The position numbers and the translations under genes are program-made. Below, one piece after another: positions 63,951 to 64,000 of a stretch of 64,000 nt of DNA. Positions within the stretch are counted from its first letter, which is position 1. Every line of letters begins with the position of its first letter. Location: assembly GCA_019828565.1 (NCBI GenBank), contig JAHDYR010000005.1, positions 1,677,308 through 1,741,307 on the forward strand, in the 5' to 3' direction. The DNA is from Carpediemonas membranifera BICM (lineage: Eukaryota > Protista > Fornicata). The notes beneath the pieces were generated by a model. That model did no database searches and had not been told where the DNA came from. It saw nothing but the letters and a program-made list of their open reading frames with translations.

Positions 63951-64000
63951 GAGTATCTCCAGGGTATCTCCCGGGAGACTCTAGCCATTCTTACAGTATG
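63951..64000 (-). repeat. Right terminal inverted repeat (50 bp, at the window edge)
   Basis: GAGTATCTCCAGGGTATCTCCCGGGAGACTCTAGCCATTCTTACAGTATG. Confidence 0.97.

Larger units (their letters stand above)
52653..64000. mobile_element. ~11.35-kb TIR DNA transposon with RAG1/Transib/CMC-like transposase and effector cargo
   Basis: Bounded by 50-bp inverted repeats, interrupts the Gypsy pol ORF, has AT-richer subterminal regions and contains a DDE transposase-like gene. Confidence 0.85.

Noticed and set aside
52653-64000. Polinton/Maverick or endogenous virus
   Set aside because: No protein-primed PolB, packaging ATPase, capsid or retroviral-type integrase is recognisable between the TIRs, and the TIRs are short.

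Overview
Gene-dense eukaryotic DNA in the standard genetic code, with very short spliceosomal introns (mostly 28-35 nt, GTTTGT donors) and flagellar genes. This fits a free-living metamonad/fornicate such as Carpediemonas (inference, not verified). Positions 1-47.8 kb are mostly housekeeping genes, including TTBK/CK1, ABCF2, eIF5, IFT22, MZT1, EMC3, CCDC146, ZNF598, KATNAL2, CDK7, delta-COP, TAF10, ribophorin I, Cdc25, SGF29 and a nuclear FKBP. Positions 47.8-64 kb are a mobile-element island with two tandem decayed Fanzor1 (eukaryotic TnpB-like) copies and the 3' half of a chromodomain Ty3/Gypsy retrotransposon. Inserted into the RT region of that retrotransposon is an ~11.35-kb DNA transposon (52653-64000) bounded by 50-bp terminal inverted repeats (49/50 identical). 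This element encodes a divergent RAG1/Transib/CMC-like DDE transposase. It also carries candidate chromatin/ubiquitin effectors: a GNAT acetyltransferase, an OTU deubiquitinase, a SET methyltransferase, PHD-type fingers, a caspase/CHAT-like protease and HTH proteins. Several internal palindromic motifs are repeated across it. This element is the best candidate for an undescribed system. All domain calls come from motif recognition by eye; no searches were run.
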